From Fibrobacterales bacterium (lineage in GTDB: Bacteria > Fibrobacterota > Fibrobacteria > Fibrobacterales > JAOPTW01), in the NCBI GenBank assembly GCA_051532055.1, contig JAOPTX010000007.1:1-64000 (forward strand): DNA of 64,000 bases. Reading direction: 5' to 3'. Of this stretch, positions 61,927 through 64,000 are shown one piece after another. The notes under the pieces are model-generated. The model was given only the letters and a program-made list of their open reading frames with translations, did no database searches and was not told the origin of the DNA. The position numbers and the translations under genes were made by a program. Position 1 is the stretch's first letter, and each line of letters begins with the position of its first letter.

Positions 61927-63732
61927 TTAGAAGTTCGTGCATTTTCGTGCTTGATAGAATTTACCACCTTTAATTTTTAAGATAGTTCTTCCATCGTTAT
62001 ATCCTTTTTCGGAGTTAAACTTCATATTACCATAGACCCCTTTAACGGTCTTTGCACTCCGTAACTTATTAACCACATTTCCACCACCTTTTTGAATACC
62101 CCACAGTATAAACCGAGTTGCATTATAGGTAAGGCCAGAAACTCTATCCTTGTCTGGATTGACACCCCATCTCTTCAAATACAATCCTTTGAATTTTTCC
62201 CATTCTCTATTTTTATCGTGATCAACAAGCGAAGTAGAAAAGTGTGTATTCTCAACGTATTGTTTACCCTTCTTGAGAATCGTTTTACTATACCATCCAG
62301 AAGATCCCAATAGATCGGCGTCTACTTTATTAAAATAGGCTTGGCTCGCAAGTACAGAAGCATCCTCAGGATCACTTGCGGCTATAAAAAGTGCATCAAA
62401 TGATATGGTAGAATCAAGTAACCACTTCTGATTTTCATCTTCATCAAATTCACTGGTATCGCGCACACCAGAAATAAAATCTCTCTTTCTATCAAGATTA
62501 AACTTTTTAAGACGCAGTACATCATAATTAGCTCGGTAGTCTGCAAGACCTTCTTCGTAATACTCTTCAAAGAGTACTGTTCCACCAAATTTCTCTACAA
62601 CCTCTTTAAAGTTCTCAGCCATTATAGATCCGTAATCGCTGTCAGGCACAAGCACTGCATACTCTTTATGTTTTTGACAGTTAACACTAAATCGAGCAAT
62701 AGATTGCGCGAGATAACTTGGAGAAGTGTTTATTTGAAATATATTTTTCCCCAGTCCTGCAATACCAGCATCAGTAGCAGTAGGAGTAATCAAAGGAACA
62801 TGAGGGTATTTCTGACTCAGCCACGCCCCCAATGCTGCTGCTGTAGGGCTCATCACAGGCCCAATCACCCCTGCGATGTTATCCTCGAGCATTACTTGAG
62901 ACACCTTTTCAATAGCCTCTGCAGGGTGGGCTTTAGTGTCTAATACTCGATATGATACTTGCGCATCAGGATAGCGATCATTGTGCTTTTCTATTGCTAG
63001 AATCGCACCTTGAACCACAAACTGCCCCAATGCAGCATAGTCACCACTCAACGGAGTAACAATAATAATAGATTCAATTCCTGGACCCTTAGATAGAAGG
63101 CTGTTGCGTTTCTCTTCAGCCTTAGCTGTGAGACTATGCCCTGGGAACTGTTGCATAATGCGTTGTAGGTAATTACGCGCTAAAGTATACTTCTTTTTAC
63201 TCTCATAAATTTGCGCAAGTTGAAAAACCATGGTGCCCACAACTTCATTATCAACAGGATTACTGTTAACTAATTTAAGAAGTTCCTCTTCATGCAAGAC
63301 TTGTGCTTTTAATAGCTGATTCATGAGGGTTCGAGCTTCATTATACAGATAGTTCCCCACTTCAAGAAACAAAACTCGCATCGCCTTTGAAGCTCCTTGA
63401 TAAAAGAGACCCTCTTGGATATCAATTTTCCCTTGCAACAAACTCATTCGATGAATATATCGACTATCAGGGTAATAAGTAATAAAGTTGTCAATAGCCT
63501 CTTTTGCCAATGAGATACTATCAATTCTTACATAGACCTCAGAAAGAAGTACCAATGCTTCTTCTCCCTCTTTTGTGTCCCAACTGTTTTGCAATACACG
63601 TTTTAATGGTGTGATAGCCTCTTTAAAAGCACCAAGCTGTATTTGTTGTTTTCCCTCAATTAAACGTTGCTCATTTTTGGCAAACGTAGTTGATAGGGTA
63701 ATACATAACATTATAAGAAGTAATTGTTTCAT
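61927..63732 (-). CDS. TPR + type 1 periplasmic-binding domain protein (LpoA/LppC-like)
   Basis: Signal peptide, TPRs, PLSGDYAALG, VIGPVMS, LLGSSGW, GVYG.MKF. Confidence 0.75.
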   Translation of the reverse strand: MKQLLLIMLCITLSTTFAKNEQRLIEGKQQIQLGAFKEAITPLKRVLQNSWDTKEGEEALVLLSEVYVRIDSISLAKEAIDNFITYYPDSRYIHRMSLLQGKIDIQEGLFYQGASKAMRVLFLEVGNYLYNEARTLMNQLLKAQVLHEEELLKLVNSNPVDNEVVGTMVFQLAQIYESKKKYTLARNYLQRIMQQFPGHSLTAKAEEKRNSLLSKGPGIESIIIVTPLSGDYAALGQFVVQGAILAIEKHNDRYPDAQVSYRVLDTKAHPAEAIEKVSQVMLEDNIAGVIGPVMSPTAAALGAWLSQKYPHVPLITPTATDAGIAGLGKNIFQINTSPSYLAQSIARFSVNCQKHKEYAVLVPDSDYGSIMAENFKEVVEKFGGTVLFEEYYEEGLADYRANYDVLRLKKFNLDRKRDFISGVRDTSEFDEDENQKWLLDSTISFDALFIAASDPEDASVLASQAYFNKVDADLLGSSGWYSKTILKKGKQYVENTHFSTSLVDHDKNREWEKFKGLYLKRWGVNPDKDRVSGLTYNATRFILWGIQKGGGNVVNKLRSAKTVKGVYGNMKFNSEKGYNDGRTILKIKGGKFYQARKCTNF

Positions 63733-63868
63733 CTAAAATCCTGCTTAGTGTGCAATATAAGGGCAATAGGCGATTTATCAACACCTCGAATAAATATACC
63801 TAAATATGAAAAATTTGTAATTTCCGGCCTAATCTTGTTAGACAATAGGCCAATTCTTTACGATACTG

Positions 63869-64000
63869 CTACTGCCTTATCTTTGACCACAGACTCTTCT
63901 GAAGCCCTTCAACAGCTTCTACTCTCAATGCAAACAGTGCCCCCATAAAAAGTATGAGGAGACCAACACCGCCACCGATAGTTTTTACAGCAAGTAATAA
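63869..64000 (-). CDS. 3' end of a membrane protein, possibly MurJ (MviN)
   Basis: Manual translation ...LLLAVKTIGGGVGLLILFMGALFALRVEAVEGLQKSLWSKIRQ*; TM followed by an LRV.E-type amphipathic tail. Confidence 0.4.
   Translation of the reverse strand, partial: LLLAVKTIGGGVGLLILFMGALFALRVEAVEGLQKSLWSKIRQ

Noticed and set aside
63724..63948. 74-aa + strand ORF
   Set aside because: Antisense to the partial membrane-protein gene and overlaps a promoter region.
1..64000. CRISPR arrays, IS elements, prophage, defence systems
   Set aside because: No repeat-spacer arrays, transposase, integrase, phage or defence-family ORFs recognised.

Overview
AT-rich Gram-negative bacterial chromosome segment, mostly core genome. 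I saw no IS, prophage, CRISPR array or rRNA. Taxonomy is inference only: the gene mix (futalosine-type mqnC-like, eukaryote-type HisA, XPB helicase, DUF3857/DUF4954 genes) and a recurring CTATATT -10 element suggest a flagellated Fibrobacterota/FCB-type organism. Contents in order: (1) basal-body flagellar genes flgB-flgC-orf119-fliE // fliF-fliG-fliH-fliI, split by a terminator and a pair of transglutaminase-like lipoprotein genes; (2) rho (Asn-rich N-terminal extension) and proC; (3) a housekeeping run (gluQ, CoA-binding protein, hemerythrin, mqnC-like, argS, rsfS, panD, tRNA-Leu(CAA), SPOR protein, lapA/lapB-like, miaB); (4) an M16 peptidase pair, XPB helicase, GAF-PP2C phosphatase, uvrB, trkA, DUF4954, M48 protease, hisA and a GT4; (5) a TetR-TolC-MFP-RND efflux operon; (6) a T2SS/type IV filament cluster; (7) a KirBac channel, an LpoA/LppC-like protein and a probable murJ 3' end. 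The most interesting signals are non-coding. Both halves of the split flagellar operon carry a matching sigma54-type site (TGGCAYG-N4-TCGCTTTAT) plus an upstream sigma28-like site. About 27-30 kb away, two further sigma28-type promoters face each other across the DUF4954 gene. One precedes a candidate small RNA that displays two CsrA-type GGA loops on a three-way junction. The other, a consensus promoter, precedes a flagellin-style leader with three GGA hairpins and an orphan ~97-aa protein. Together these suggest an unannotated sigma28/CsrA-linked motility module. All functional calls come from motif recognition by eye; no database searches or folding programs were run.
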